From contig JABXII010000023.1 in NCBI GenBank assembly GCA_013373175.1, positions 9,945 through 73,944 of the forward strand: DNA of 64,000 nucleotides, in the 5' to 3' direction. Positions 1-8,960 of this stretch are shown in pieces. Source of the stretch: Campylobacteraceae bacterium. GTDB lineage: Bacteria > Campylobacterota > Campylobacteria > Campylobacterales > Arcobacteraceae. Under the pieces are notes generated by a model. That model had not been told where the DNA came from. It was given only the letters and a program-made list of their open reading frames with translations, and searched no databases. The position numbers and the translations under genes were made by a program. Each line of letters starts with the position of its first letter. Position 1 is the first letter of the stretch.

Positions 1-461
1 TTAAGTTTAAAAGCATAAAGTTCTTTAAATAAATCATCTTCATTTGATTCTTCTTCACTGTTTTCAAGCTTTTTGATTGAACTTAATAAAGAAGAAATCA
101 AAGTATCATAATTTACTGGTTTTTGTATAAACTCATTTATCCCAAGTTTTTTAAACTTCATTATATTTTCTTCATACCCATGGGCAGATATTATCACTAC
201 TTGTGTATTAGGACTAAACTCTAATAACTTTGCAATAAACTCATGTCCATCCATTTGAGGCATTGTTAAATCACTTAAGACTAAATCAGGTAAATTCTTC
301 TTAAAAACTTCTAAACCAACTAAACCATTATCTGCTACATAAACCTCTTTAAAAAGCTTACCAACAAAGTTTTTCATCTGCTTTTGAATATGTTTACTAT
401 CTTCTACTATTAAAACACTATATTCACTTGCTTTATTTTTTAGCTTTATTAATTCAGACAC
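1..461 (-). CDS. Response regulator (receiver domain), 3'-truncated by window edge
   Basis: Manual translation from GTG at 461: MSELIKLKNKASEYSVLIVEDSKHIQ...DLVLSDLTMPQMDG...IISAH...FIQKP, which are the REC motifs. Overlaps the stop of the upstream kinase. Frame stays open to position 1, so it is absent from the ORF track. Confidence 0.9.
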   Translation of the reverse strand, partial: MSELIKLKNKASEYSVLIVEDSKHIQKQMKNFVGKLFKEVYVADNGLVGLEVFKKNLPDLVLSDLTMPQMDGHEFIAKLLEFSPNTQVVIISAHGYEENIMKFKKLGINEFIQKPVNYDTLISSLLSSIKKLENSEEESNEDDLFKELYAFKL

Positions 462-2997
462 TTTCACCCTTTAATACTATTTCAAAACAAGCACCAAAAT
501 TTTGATTATATGCTTTGATTTTACCTTCTAAATGTTTTTCTACAATTGTTTTTGACATATAAAGACCTAGTCCTGTGCCTTCAAGTTCATTTTTTGTAGT
601 AAAATATGGTTCAAAAATATTATGAATAATCTCTTCTGGTATTCCACCTGCATTGTCACATATCTTTATTATGATATTTTCACTATCTAAATATTCATAA
701 ATATCTATTCTTCTGTTTTCTATTTCTCTTTGAACTAAAACTTCTTTTGCATTTTTTAAAATATTTATAATTACTTGTAAGAATTCTTTTTCAAAACTAT
801 TTACTTTTTTGCCAGAAGTAAACTCTTGATTTAATTCTATATTATTATTCTCTAATGTTTTTCCCATAACTGAAATTGCATCTTTAAATACATCTTCTAC
901 ATAAAAACTCTCTTTTTGTTTATTTGGTTTAAAGAAGTTCCTAAAGTCTTCAATTGTTTGGGATAGATATTGAGTTTGAGATATTATATCTTGGGCATTT
1001 TCTTTTAATGCTTCTTTATCTAACATATCAAGTTCTATATCCATTAAAATGTTGTTTGCACTCATTGCTACTACAGAGATTGGTTGTCTCCATTGATGAG
1101 CAATCATACTTATCATTTCACCCATTGCAGCATGTCTAGATTGAGCAATCATTAACTCTTCTTTATCTTTTAGCTCTTCTTGTAGTTTTAGCTCTTTTGT
1201 TATCTCTTGTTTGATTGCCATATAGTTGATAATTTTTTTATCTTTTTTAGAAAAAATTGGGAAAATAATAGCTCTTTCCCAAAACTCTTTTTTACTTTTA
1301 CTAATATTTTTAAAAACTCCACTCCATGTTTTTCCAGAAGAGATTGTCTCCCATAGAGCATTGTACTCTTCTTCATCCATAGTATCTGATTGTAAAACAT
1401 CAATATTTTTTCCTGTAATCTCAGAAAAACTATATCCGCTTACTTTTGTAAAGTGAGAATTCACATACTCAACCTCACCATTTACATTTGTAATAACAAA
1501 AGAAATAGGAGCTTGTTCAACTGCTTGTCGTAAAATTGAAAGTTCATTTTGAATCAATGCAAACTCAGTAATATCTTGAATTGTCCCTATTACAAGATTA
1601 ACCTCTTTACTTTTATCCTTTTTAAACTCTATATTACAATTAACATGTCTTACTTCTTTATCTGATTGTCTTATGATTCTATATTCTGTTCTATATCCTC
1701 TTTTTTTATATTTACCTAAAAAGAATCTTTTCACAACATTTTCTCTATCTTCTTCATGGGTAAAATTTTTAACTAAATCTTCAAGGGTAATTTTAGTCTC
1801 ATCATCTAAACCAAAAACAGTTTTGATATTTTTTGATAAAGTTAGAATATTGTTTTTAAAGTCATATCTAAAGTGCCCTAAGTTTGACATCTTTTCTGCT
1901 TTTAGAAGATTTTTCTCACTTGACATTAAACTTACTTCTAACTCTTTTTGTTTTGTAATATCAGTATGGAAACCAACCATTCTAATAGCAATACCATTTT
2001 TATCAAAAATAGTTTTACCTCTATCTAGAATCCAAACCCAATGTCCATCTTTATGTTTAAGTCTATGGACATTTTCATAATGTGTTGTTTTGCCTCTATG
2101 ATTTGCTAATATATCTTTTGTAGCTAATTCAATATCATCGGGGTGAACTAACTTTTTCCATGTTTCTAAAGAGTTTGTTAATTCATTCTCTTTATAACCT
2201 AACATCTCTTTCCATATTTTTGAAAAATAGACTTTGTTTGAACTTAAATCCCAATCCCAAAGACCATCTTTTGAACCATTTATTGCATGCTCATATCTTT
2301 GAGATAAAACTTTATTTTTATCTGAGATTGTCATTATTGTTCTATGTTTTTTATAAATATTATTTACAAAATAAATTAATACTAAAAATACTAATAAAGT
2401 GATAAAGAAACTAAATAACATATAATAATCTCTTTTTTTATTTGCATTTATATAAAACTCTTGATAATCACTTGTATCTAAAGTAACTCTAATTCCCCCT
2501 CTTATATCTCCTATTTTATAACCTTGAGAAGAGTGGCATTCTAAACATGCTCTTGTTACAGTCAACGAAGCCATATATTTTAATTTATTTCTATTATTGT
2601 TAAATTCAAAAAACTCTGTTTTATCTTTTTTCTCAAACTCTTTTAAAACCTTTCTTTCAAAATAGTTAGGTTTATTATTCTCATTATTTGGGTTTAAACT
2701 TGTGATTTTGTAGCTTTGAATATTACTTCTACTTGATAGGTCAAAAATTTGTTTTGTCATAGTTATAGGACTAATTATTGAATATTTATCATCTTCTTTA
2801 ATATAAACCCCATTATTTGTTGTATTCCACATTTTAATTGTAAGAAAACTGCTAAAACTATTTCTTGCTTCTTTTAATATATTATTTTCATAAATCTTGA
2901 TTTGATTTGATATTGAAAAATTTATATAATACACTTGCAATAAAAATGCAAAGATAACAACAGAAATAGTAAGTAAAATAGCCTTAGTTTGGTTCAT
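454..2997 (-). CDS. Sensor histidine kinase with periplasmic c-type-heme (DUF3365/Tll0287-like) domain and PAS/PAC domains
   Basis: Two TM segments flanking a CLECH (CXXCH) motif. PAS/PAC repeats (DGLWDWD, VHPDD, HKDGHWVWILDRG). H-box MIAHQWRQP. HATPase motifs (DNAGGI, EPYFTTK, GTGLGLY). Confidence 0.92.
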   Translation of the reverse strand: MNQTKAILLTISVVIFAFLLQVYYINFSISNQIKIYENNILKEARNSFSSFLTIKMWNTTNNGVYIKEDDKYSIISPITMTKQIFDLSSRSNIQSYKITSLNPNNENNKPNYFERKVLKEFEKKDKTEFFEFNNNRNKLKYMASLTVTRACLECHSSQGYKIGDIRGGIRVTLDTSDYQEFYINANKKRDYYMLFSFFITLLVFLVLIYFVNNIYKKHRTIMTISDKNKVLSQRYEHAINGSKDGLWDWDLSSNKVYFSKIWKEMLGYKENELTNSLETWKKLVHPDDIELATKDILANHRGKTTHYENVHRLKHKDGHWVWILDRGKTIFDKNGIAIRMVGFHTDITKQKELEVSLMSSEKNLLKAEKMSNLGHFRYDFKNNILTLSKNIKTVFGLDDETKITLEDLVKNFTHEEDRENVVKRFFLGKYKKRGYRTEYRIIRQSDKEVRHVNCNIEFKKDKSKEVNLVIGTIQDITEFALIQNELSILRQAVEQAPISFVITNVNGEVEYVNSHFTKVSGYSFSEITGKNIDVLQSDTMDEEEYNALWETISSGKTWSGVFKNISKSKKEFWERAIIFPIFSKKDKKIINYMAIKQEITKELKLQEELKDKEELMIAQSRHAAMGEMISMIAHQWRQPISVVAMSANNILMDIELDMLDKEALKENAQDIISQTQYLSQTIEDFRNFFKPNKQKESFYVEDVFKDAISVMGKTLENNNIELNQEFTSGKKVNSFEKEFLQVIINILKNAKEVLVQREIENRRIDIYEYLDSENIIIKICDNAGGIPEEIIHNIFEPYFTTKNELEGTGLGLYMSKTIVEKHLEGKIKAYNQNFGACFEIVLKGESV

Positions 2998-3167
2998 TAT
3001 TCTCTTCTTGCTAATAAAATATTATCATTATATATAAGTTTACTAATATTCTATCTTATTAATATTTAATTTTTTTTTTACAATTATTTTCTTTACTAAT
3101 TAAAAAATTATAATATTTATGCGTTATTAGTTAAAATATATTTAATACATGAAGGAGGAGTTTAATT

Positions 3168-5150
3168 TTGAAAAAATTAGTCTATCTTATACTTCCTCTA
3201 ATGGTATCTTTTCTTTATGCCAAAAGTTTATTAACAAAAGAAGAAGTATCATTTTTAGAAAAACACAAAGAATTAAAAGTTTGTATCGACCCAAATTGGA
3301 TGCCTTTAGAAAAAAATGAAAAAGGTAAACATGTGGGAATGAGTGCTGATTATTTAAGATTATTTGAAAAAAGCTTAAATATAAAAATGACTATGGTTCC
3401 AACAAAAACCTGGAATGAGTCATTAAAGTTAGGTAAAAATAAAAAATGTGATATTTTTTCCCTTGTAATGCCTATAGAAGAAAGAAAAGAGTTTTTAAAT
3501 TTCTCCAAACCTTATTTAGAAATACCCTTAGTTCTTGCAACAAAAGATAATGAAGTTTTTATTGACGATATAACAGAAGTAACTAAAACAATGGGAGTTG
3601 TAAAAGGCTACGCTTATGCAGAAGTTTTAAAAGACAAATATCCAAATTTAAATTTAGTCTATGTAGAAAATATTGAAGATGGTTTACAAAAAGTTGACCA
3701 AGGGAAAATTTTTGGGTTTATTGGTATTCTTTCAACTATTGGATATAACATACAAAAAAAATATACTGGAAACTTAAAAATAGTGGGAAAATTCAATGAA
3801 AAATTGAACTTAGGAGTAGGTATTAGAAAAGACTACCCTATTTTAGTAGAAATTTTCAACAAAGCAATTGATAATATTAAATACGAAGAACATCAATTAA
3901 TTTTAAATAAATGGCTATCAATCAAATATGAAAAAGTGACTTATAAATATCTACTTGAAATAGTAGTAGTTTTCTTTTTAATCTTAGGAATAATCATATT
4001 TGTAAATAGAAAACTATCAAATGAAATCCAAAAAAGAAAAAGAATAGAAAGTCACTTAAAACGTGTCATCAAAGGAGCAAAGCTTGGTACTTGGACTTGG
4101 CATATTAATGAAGACAAAAATGTCATAAATAATAGACTAACTGAAATTCTTGGATATACAAAAGAAGAATTAAGCAATAAAAATCATCTTTTATTTATTG
4201 TAGAAGAAGATAGAGCTTTTGTAAATAAAGCATTAGAAGAACATATAGAAGGAAAACAACCTTATGAAGTATGTTATAGAATGCTAGCTAAAGATGGTTC
4301 TATAAAATGGATTTTATCAAATGGTAGTATTGTAAAAAAAGATAATGAAGGAAATCCTTTAATTATGGCAGGTATCCATCAAGATGTCACAGAGAGCAAA
4401 AAACTTGAACTAGAACTAAAAAGACAAAATGAATTTATTGTACAACAATCAAGACAAGCAGCAATGGGAGAAATGCTTGAAAACATTGCCCACCAATGGA
4501 GACAACCTCTTTCTGTAATCACTACTTCTGCAAGTGGAATAAAAATAAAAAGTGAACTTTCTCAGTTAGACCAAAAAGAGTTATTTGAATTTATGAATGA
4601 GATAATTAAAAGTGGAATGTATCTATCTCAAACAATAGAAGATTTTAGAAACTTTTTCAAAAAAGACAAAAAAGAGCGAAATATTCTCTCAACTGTTTTA
4701 ATAGAAAAATCTTTACAATTTTTAAAATCAAAAATTAAAAATAGAGAAATTAAAGTAATAACAGATATTCAAATAAAAGAACTAGTAGTATATGAAAATG
4801 AATTTATACAAGCATTAATTAATGTTTTCAGCAATGCAATAGATGCCTTAGAAAAAGTAGAAAACAAAAAATATATTTTTGTAACTATAAAAGAGAGCAA
4901 AAATAAATATATTATTGAAATAAAAGATAATGCAAAAGGTATTGAAGATAAAGTACTTCCAAGAATTTTTGATCCATATTTTACAACAAAACACCAAAGT
5001 CAAGGTACAGGAATTGGTCTTTATATGACTAAAGAAATTATTGAAAAGCATTTTTTAGGTAAAATAGAAGTTACTAATGAAGATTTTAACTATCAAGGAA
5101 ACTCATATACAGGAGCTTGTTTTAAAATCAAAATCCCTAAAAATGGTTAA
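3168..5150 (+). CDS. Sensor histidine kinase with periplasmic solute-binding (SBP_bac_3) domain and PAS
   Basis: Signal peptide, LKVCIDPNWMPLE PBP fold, TM, PAS, H-box ENIAHQWRQP, GTGIGLY. Strong AGGAGG SD before the TTG start. Confidence 0.92.
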   Translation: MKKLVYLILPLMVSFLYAKSLLTKEEVSFLEKHKELKVCIDPNWMPLEKNEKGKHVGMSADYLRLFEKSLNIKMTMVPTKTWNESLKLGKNKKCDIFSLVMPIEERKEFLNFSKPYLEIPLVLATKDNEVFIDDITEVTKTMGVVKGYAYAEVLKDKYPNLNLVYVENIEDGLQKVDQGKIFGFIGILSTIGYNIQKKYTGNLKIVGKFNEKLNLGVGIRKDYPILVEIFNKAIDNIKYEEHQLILNKWLSIKYEKVTYKYLLEIVVVFFLILGIIIFVNRKLSNEIQKRKRIESHLKRVIKGAKLGTWTWHINEDKNVINNRLTEILGYTKEELSNKNHLLFIVEEDRAFVNKALEEHIEGKQPYEVCYRMLAKDGSIKWILSNGSIVKKDNEGNPLIMAGIHQDVTESKKLELELKRQNEFIVQQSRQAAMGEMLENIAHQWRQPLSVITTSASGIKIKSELSQLDQKELFEFMNEIIKSGMYLSQTIEDFRNFFKKDKKERNILSTVLIEKSLQFLKSKIKNREIKVITDIQIKELVVYENEFIQALINVFSNAIDALEKVENKKYIFVTIKESKNKYIIEIKDNAKGIEDKVLPRIFDPYFTTKHQSQGTGIGLYMTKEIIEKHFLGKIEVTNEDFNYQGNSYTGACFKIKIPKNG

Positions 5151-5156
5151 ATATTT

Positions 5157-5465
5157 ATGAAAAGACTTTTAAAAATTACACTAGTTGCTGCTATATTAGG
5201 TGCAATCTTTAGTTATGGTGCCTTGAAATTCTTATATTACAAGATGGAACAAGAACTTATTACTTATTTGGTATTAAATGAAGAAGCAAAAAACCTTCAA
5301 GATATATATGCTTTATGTAATGGATTATTAACTTCAAATCCAACAAAAGAAAATTTATTAAGTTGCAATAGTATTGTATCAAAGGTGGATAGGCTAACTG
5401 TGCAAATAGAAGAGAAGTGTCCATATATAAATTTTTATACTACTTATATAAATAAATTAGAATAA
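5157..5465 (+). CDS. Hypothetical membrane-anchored protein
   Basis: 102-aa ORF directly after the kinase, N-terminal hydrophobic helix, three Cys. Confidence 0.7.
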   Translation: MKRLLKITLVAAILGAIFSYGALKFLYYKMEQELITYLVLNEEAKNLQDIYALCNGLLTSNPTKENLLSCNSIVSKVDRLTVQIEEKCPYINFYTTYINKLE

Positions 5466-5514
5466 AAAAAAGGAAACCCTATAAGGTATTATAATAATAC
5501 CAAGGTTTCCTTTT
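5464..5514. terminator. Bidirectional intrinsic terminator-like hairpin
   Basis: AAAAGGAAACC(5468-5478)...GGTTTCCTTTT(5504-5514) with an inner GGTATT/AATACC stem. T4 tail on the + strand, T8 tail on the - strand. Confidence 0.75.
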
Positions 5515-5701
5515 AGATATGCATGAAATTAATCTTTGTAAGATTACTCCCTTTTTTCTGAAAACACCCTTAAAAATTCATAAGATTTACTTATATAACT
5601 ATTAGCTATTTACAATTTGTTGCTTTTCATTGTAATAATAATTTAATATTATACAGTATAATTTGATTTTCTTTGAAATGTAATTTTGATATAATAGTCC
5701 T

Positions 5702-6232
5702 ATGAATTTAAAATACATTAATAAAGAATTAGCACTAAGATATTTAGACTATGATATCAAACTATATAAAAATATTCTAGAAGGTTTTAAAGAACAATAT
5801 AATAGTCTAGACTTTTTAAAACTTGAAGACTCTTCTTTTTTCAAAGAAGTTCATCAATTAAAGTCAATAAGTAAAAATATTGGAGCTAACGAGCTTTTTA
5901 AACTTGCTGATGATATGAATAAAAACAAAAATAGAAATGATGAAGTTTTACTGCAAGAGACTTTAGAAGAAGTATTAAAAGAGATAGATAGACTATCACT
6001 TGCAGATATAAACAATACTACAAATACTACATGTGATAATAGTTCAAAAGAAGAGTTATTTGAACAAATTTTAAATGGAGCAATAAAAAATCGACCTAAA
6101 AAAGTTGAAGAACCTCTTGAAAAATTAAAACAGAAGCAAAACCTTACAGAAGAAGAAAAAAATTTAATCTCAAAGCTAGATAAAGAAATTAAAGTATATA
6201 ATTTTAGGAACATTGTAAATATTCTTTCATGA
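5702..6232 (+). CDS. Stand-alone Hpt (histidine phosphotransfer) domain protein
   Basis: HQLKSISKNIGA matches the Hpt HxLKGxSxxIGA motif. Overlaps the next gene (ATGA). Confidence 0.85.
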   Translation: MNLKYINKELALRYLDYDIKLYKNILEGFKEQYNSLDFLKLEDSSFFKEVHQLKSISKNIGANELFKLADDMNKNKNRNDEVLLQETLEEVLKEIDRLSLADINNTTNTTCDNSSKEELFEQILNGAIKNRPKKVEEPLEKLKQKQNLTEEEKNLISKLDKEIKVYNFRNIVNILS

Positions 6233-6243
6233 CTAGGGGAAGT

Positions 6244-7359
6244 ATGTCTAAACCTTTAATTCTTATCGTTGATGATAATCAAGCAAACATAAAAATACTT
6301 GTTGAATTCCTATCTAATGACTATGAAGTCATTGTATCTATGACAGGAGAAGAAGCATTAGAAATAATAGAGGAAGAAGAAATAGATCTTCTTTTATTAG
6401 ATATTTTCATGCCTCATATGGATGGATTTGAAGTATGTGAAAAAGTTTATGAAAAACATGGTATGTATGATATTCCTATTATTTTTGTAACTGCAAGTAG
6501 TAATGACCAAGACATTGAAAAAGGTTTCAAGTTAGGTGCGGTAGATTATGTTACAAAACCCTTTAGAAAAGTAGAAATTCTATCTAGAGTAAAAACTCAT
6601 ATTCTTTTAAAAGATTATAAAAACAATTTAGAAGAAAAAGTAAAAGAAGAAATAAAAAAGAATAAACTAAAAGAAAAAATCATGTTTCACCAATCAAAAC
6701 TTGTAAGTATTGGAGAGATGACAAATAGTATTGCCCATCAGTGGAGACAGCCTCTAAATTCAATTAATTCAGCTGTTATGGGAATTGACACTTGCATGAT
6801 GAGAAATAATATTGAAAATGAAGAGATAAATGCAAAACTTGAAGAAATAGAGATACAAACTCATTATATGTCTAAAACAATTGAAGACTTTAGCAACTTT
6901 TTAAACCCTAACAAACAAAAGGGAGAAAACGATTTAAAAGAGATTGTTAGAAAAACCCTTACAATAATACACACAAAGTTTTCTAAAAATAGTATCAATT
7001 GTGAGGTAATAGAAAAGAACAAATCAATAGTCTCTTGTACTGAAGGAGAGATTATTCAAGTATTAATTGTCATATTAAATAATGCTGTAGATGCTTTAAA
7101 AGAGAATGAAATAAAAAATCCTCAAGTAACTATAGAAATTGATACAAATAATATAAGTATTACAGATAATGCAGGTGGAATAAAAAAAGATAATCTGGAT
7201 AATGTATTCTTACCATATTTTACTACTAAAAAAACAGATGAAGGTCTTGGAATTGGACTTCATTTAGCAAAAGCTATTATAGAAGAGTCTAATAATGGTA
7301 AACTTTCAGTAAAAAATGTTGATTGTGGTGCTAGATTTGAGATAAGTTTTAATAGATAG
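6244..7359 (+). CDS. Hybrid receiver-histidine kinase (REC + HisKA + HATPase)
   Basis: ILIVDD...LLLLDIFMPHMDG...DYVTKP, then SIAHQWRQP and GLGIGL. Start at 6244 (GGGGA SD) preferred over the ORF-track start 6229. Confidence 0.92.
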   Translation: MSKPLILIVDDNQANIKILVEFLSNDYEVIVSMTGEEALEIIEEEEIDLLLLDIFMPHMDGFEVCEKVYEKHGMYDIPIIFVTASSNDQDIEKGFKLGAVDYVTKPFRKVEILSRVKTHILLKDYKNNLEEKVKEEIKKNKLKEKIMFHQSKLVSIGEMTNSIAHQWRQPLNSINSAVMGIDTCMMRNNIENEEINAKLEEIEIQTHYMSKTIEDFSNFLNPNKQKGENDLKEIVRKTLTIIHTKFSKNSINCEVIEKNKSIVSCTEGEIIQVLIVILNNAVDALKENEIKNPQVTIEIDTNNISITDNAGGIKKDNLDNVFLPYFTTKKTDEGLGIGLHLAKAIIEESNNGKLSVKNVDCGARFEISFNR

Positions 7360-7446
7360 TGGTGCGAATGGTGAGAATCGAACTCACACTCCGAAACCGG
7401 AATGGGATTTTAAGTCCCACGCGTCTACCTATTCCGCCACACTCGC
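7360..7446 (-). tRNA. tRNA-Leu(UAA), copy 1
   Basis: GCGAGTGTGGCGGAATAGGTAGACGCGTGGGAC-TTAAAA-TCCC...GTTCGATTC...CACCA. 87 nt, long variable arm, encoded CCA. Confidence 0.97.
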
Positions 7447-7458
7447 ACTTCTATATAA

Positions 7459-7534
7459 TGGAGGAGGTAGCCGGACTCGAACCAGCGCATACAGGATTTG
7501 CAATCCCGGGCATTACCAACTTTGCTATACCTCC
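7459..7534 (-). tRNA. tRNA-Cys(GCA)
   Basis: GGAGGTATAGCAAAGTTGGTAATGCCCGGGA-TTGCAAA-TCCTG...GGTTCGAGTCC...TACCTCCTCCA, 76 nt. Confidence 0.96.
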
Positions 7535-7549
7535 ACAAATTGGAACGAA

Positions 7550-7558
7550 ATTATATCA
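7550..7558 (-). promoter_or_regulatory. Extended -10 promoter (TGaTATAAT) for the tRNA-Cys/tRNA-Leu pair
   Basis: Minus strand TTTGATATAAT, 15 nt upstream of the tRNA-Cys 5' end. Confidence 0.7.
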
Positions 7559-7577
7559 AAAATAGCTTAAATTTTTT

Positions 7578-8465
7578 TTAATCTTTTTTCTTTCTTTCCA
7601 CTTTTATTAAATATAACCCAGATGCAATTACAATTATAGCTCCTAATATTGTCAAATTATCAGGGATATCATCAAAAATAATCCATCCTAATAAAGTAGC
7701 ACTAATTATTTCTAAATATTGAAATGAAGCTATAGAGCTAGCATTTGCATAGTACAATGCATTTGATACAAGAAGTTGACTAACTATTGTAACTACTGCT
7801 AATAAAAAAACTAACCACCACAAAGAGTGGTCAAGTTCATTAAAAGAGACCATTTCAAAATCTGAAGTTTGAGTAAATAAAAGAATTATAGAGATAATAA
7901 CAGAGGCTACAATACCTATCCAAAAATGCATTGTAAAACTATCTTTAATATCTTTTGAAACTCTAATAGTCATAAGATAAAGAGCATAAAACATTGCTGC
8001 TAAAATTGGTAAAATAGCTGCAGTTCCATATGCTGACCAGTTAGGTCTTATTATAATCATTGTTCCAATGAGTCCAACAACTAAAACTCCAATTAAACTT
8101 CTAGTAATTTTTTCTTTTAAAAATATAATTGATAAAAAAGTTAAAATCAAAGGTTCTATAAAAAATAAAGCAATATTATTTGCTAAAGGTAAATATACTA
8201 ATCCCCAAAAGATAAAAAACATACAAGAAGAAATGAAAAAAGCTAAATAAAGATAAATCATCTTAAATGATCTAATTTGTTTTCTTAAAATTTTTGCTAA
8301 AAAATATATTAAAATAGCTTGTAATACAAATCTAAAAAAAGTGATTTGCATAGGAGAATATGTAGAAGAAAGCCATTTTCCAATTGCATCTGAAAAAGGG
8401 ATAACAAATACTGCAATAAGCATAAAAATCATTCCTTTTTGACTATCTGTTATAGAACTATTCAA
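7578..8465 (-). CDS. DMT/EamA family transporter
   Basis: About ten hydrophobic helices in two EamA-like halves (FLSIIFLKEKI; LLGWIIFDDIP). AGGAG SD. Confidence 0.9.
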   Translation of the reverse strand: MNSSITDSQKGMIFMLIAVFVIPFSDAIGKWLSSTYSPMQITFFRFVLQAILIYFLAKILRKQIRSFKMIYLYLAFFISSCMFFIFWGLVYLPLANNIALFFIEPLILTFLSIIFLKEKITRSLIGVLVVGLIGTMIIIRPNWSAYGTAAILPILAAMFYALYLMTIRVSKDIKDSFTMHFWIGIVASVIISIILLFTQTSDFEMVSFNELDHSLWWLVFLLAVVTIVSQLLVSNALYYANASSIASFQYLEIISATLLGWIIFDDIPDNLTILGAIIVIASGLYLIKVERKKKD

Positions 8466-8574
8466 AATAATATTCTCCTTGAGTATTTATAAACTTTTTA
8501 TTTTTATTTACAAAAAATGTTTTAAGTTTTTAAAGTATTATGTAAAAAAGGTTTTTGATTGATTTCATGAAAAG

Positions 8575-8663
8575 TGGCAGTGAGTGAGGGATTCGAACCC
8601 TCGGAGGCGTGAACCTCGCCGGTTTTCAAAACCGGTACTTTCGACCAACTCAGTCAACTCACT
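8575..8663 (-). tRNA. tRNA-Ser(UGA)
   Basis: AGTGAGTTGACTGAGTTGGTCGAAAGTACCGGT-TTTGAAA-ACCGG, long variable arm, GGTTCGAATCC, ends ACTCACT-G-CCA. 89 nt. Confidence 0.95.
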
Positions 8664-8683
8664 ACAACATTTAAATTTATAAG

Positions 8684-8770
8684 TGGTGCGAATGGTGAGA
8701 ATCGAACTCACACTCCGAAACCGGAATGGGATTTTAAGTCCCACGCGTCTACCTATTCCGCCACACTCGC
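8684..8770 (-). tRNA. tRNA-Leu(UAA), copy 2 (identical to 7360-7446)
   Basis: Base-for-base identical to copy 1. Confidence 0.97.
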
Positions 8771-8817
8771 ACTTATTGGTAGGATTTAAAAACATATTGT
8801 TTTCAAATTGGACTGGA

Positions 8818-8846
8818 ATTATAATAGCTTTTTTAATATTTGTCAA
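8818..8846 (-). promoter_or_regulatory. Consensus sigma70 promoter of the tRNA-Leu/Ser unit
   Basis: Minus strand TTGACA(8846-8841)-17 nt-TATAAT(8823-8818), with A-tracts upstream. Confidence 0.85.
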
Positions 8847-8960
8847 GAGTTTTTTAAAAAAAATTGAAAAATTTTTGAAATTTAAATATTTAATCATTTT
8901 TGAACAGCAAAAAAAGTATAATGTCCGACATATTATAATAGCGCTATTAAAGGATATTAA

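Noticed and set aside
7359-7565. ORF-track 68-aa ORF (MVRMVRIELT...)
   Set aside because: Antisense translation of tRNA-Leu and tRNA-Cys.
7360-8770. tRNA-Leu repeat as attL/attR of an integrated element
   Set aside because: Both copies are full-length, there is no integrase, and the enclosed DNA includes two normal tRNAs. Kept only as a duplication finding.
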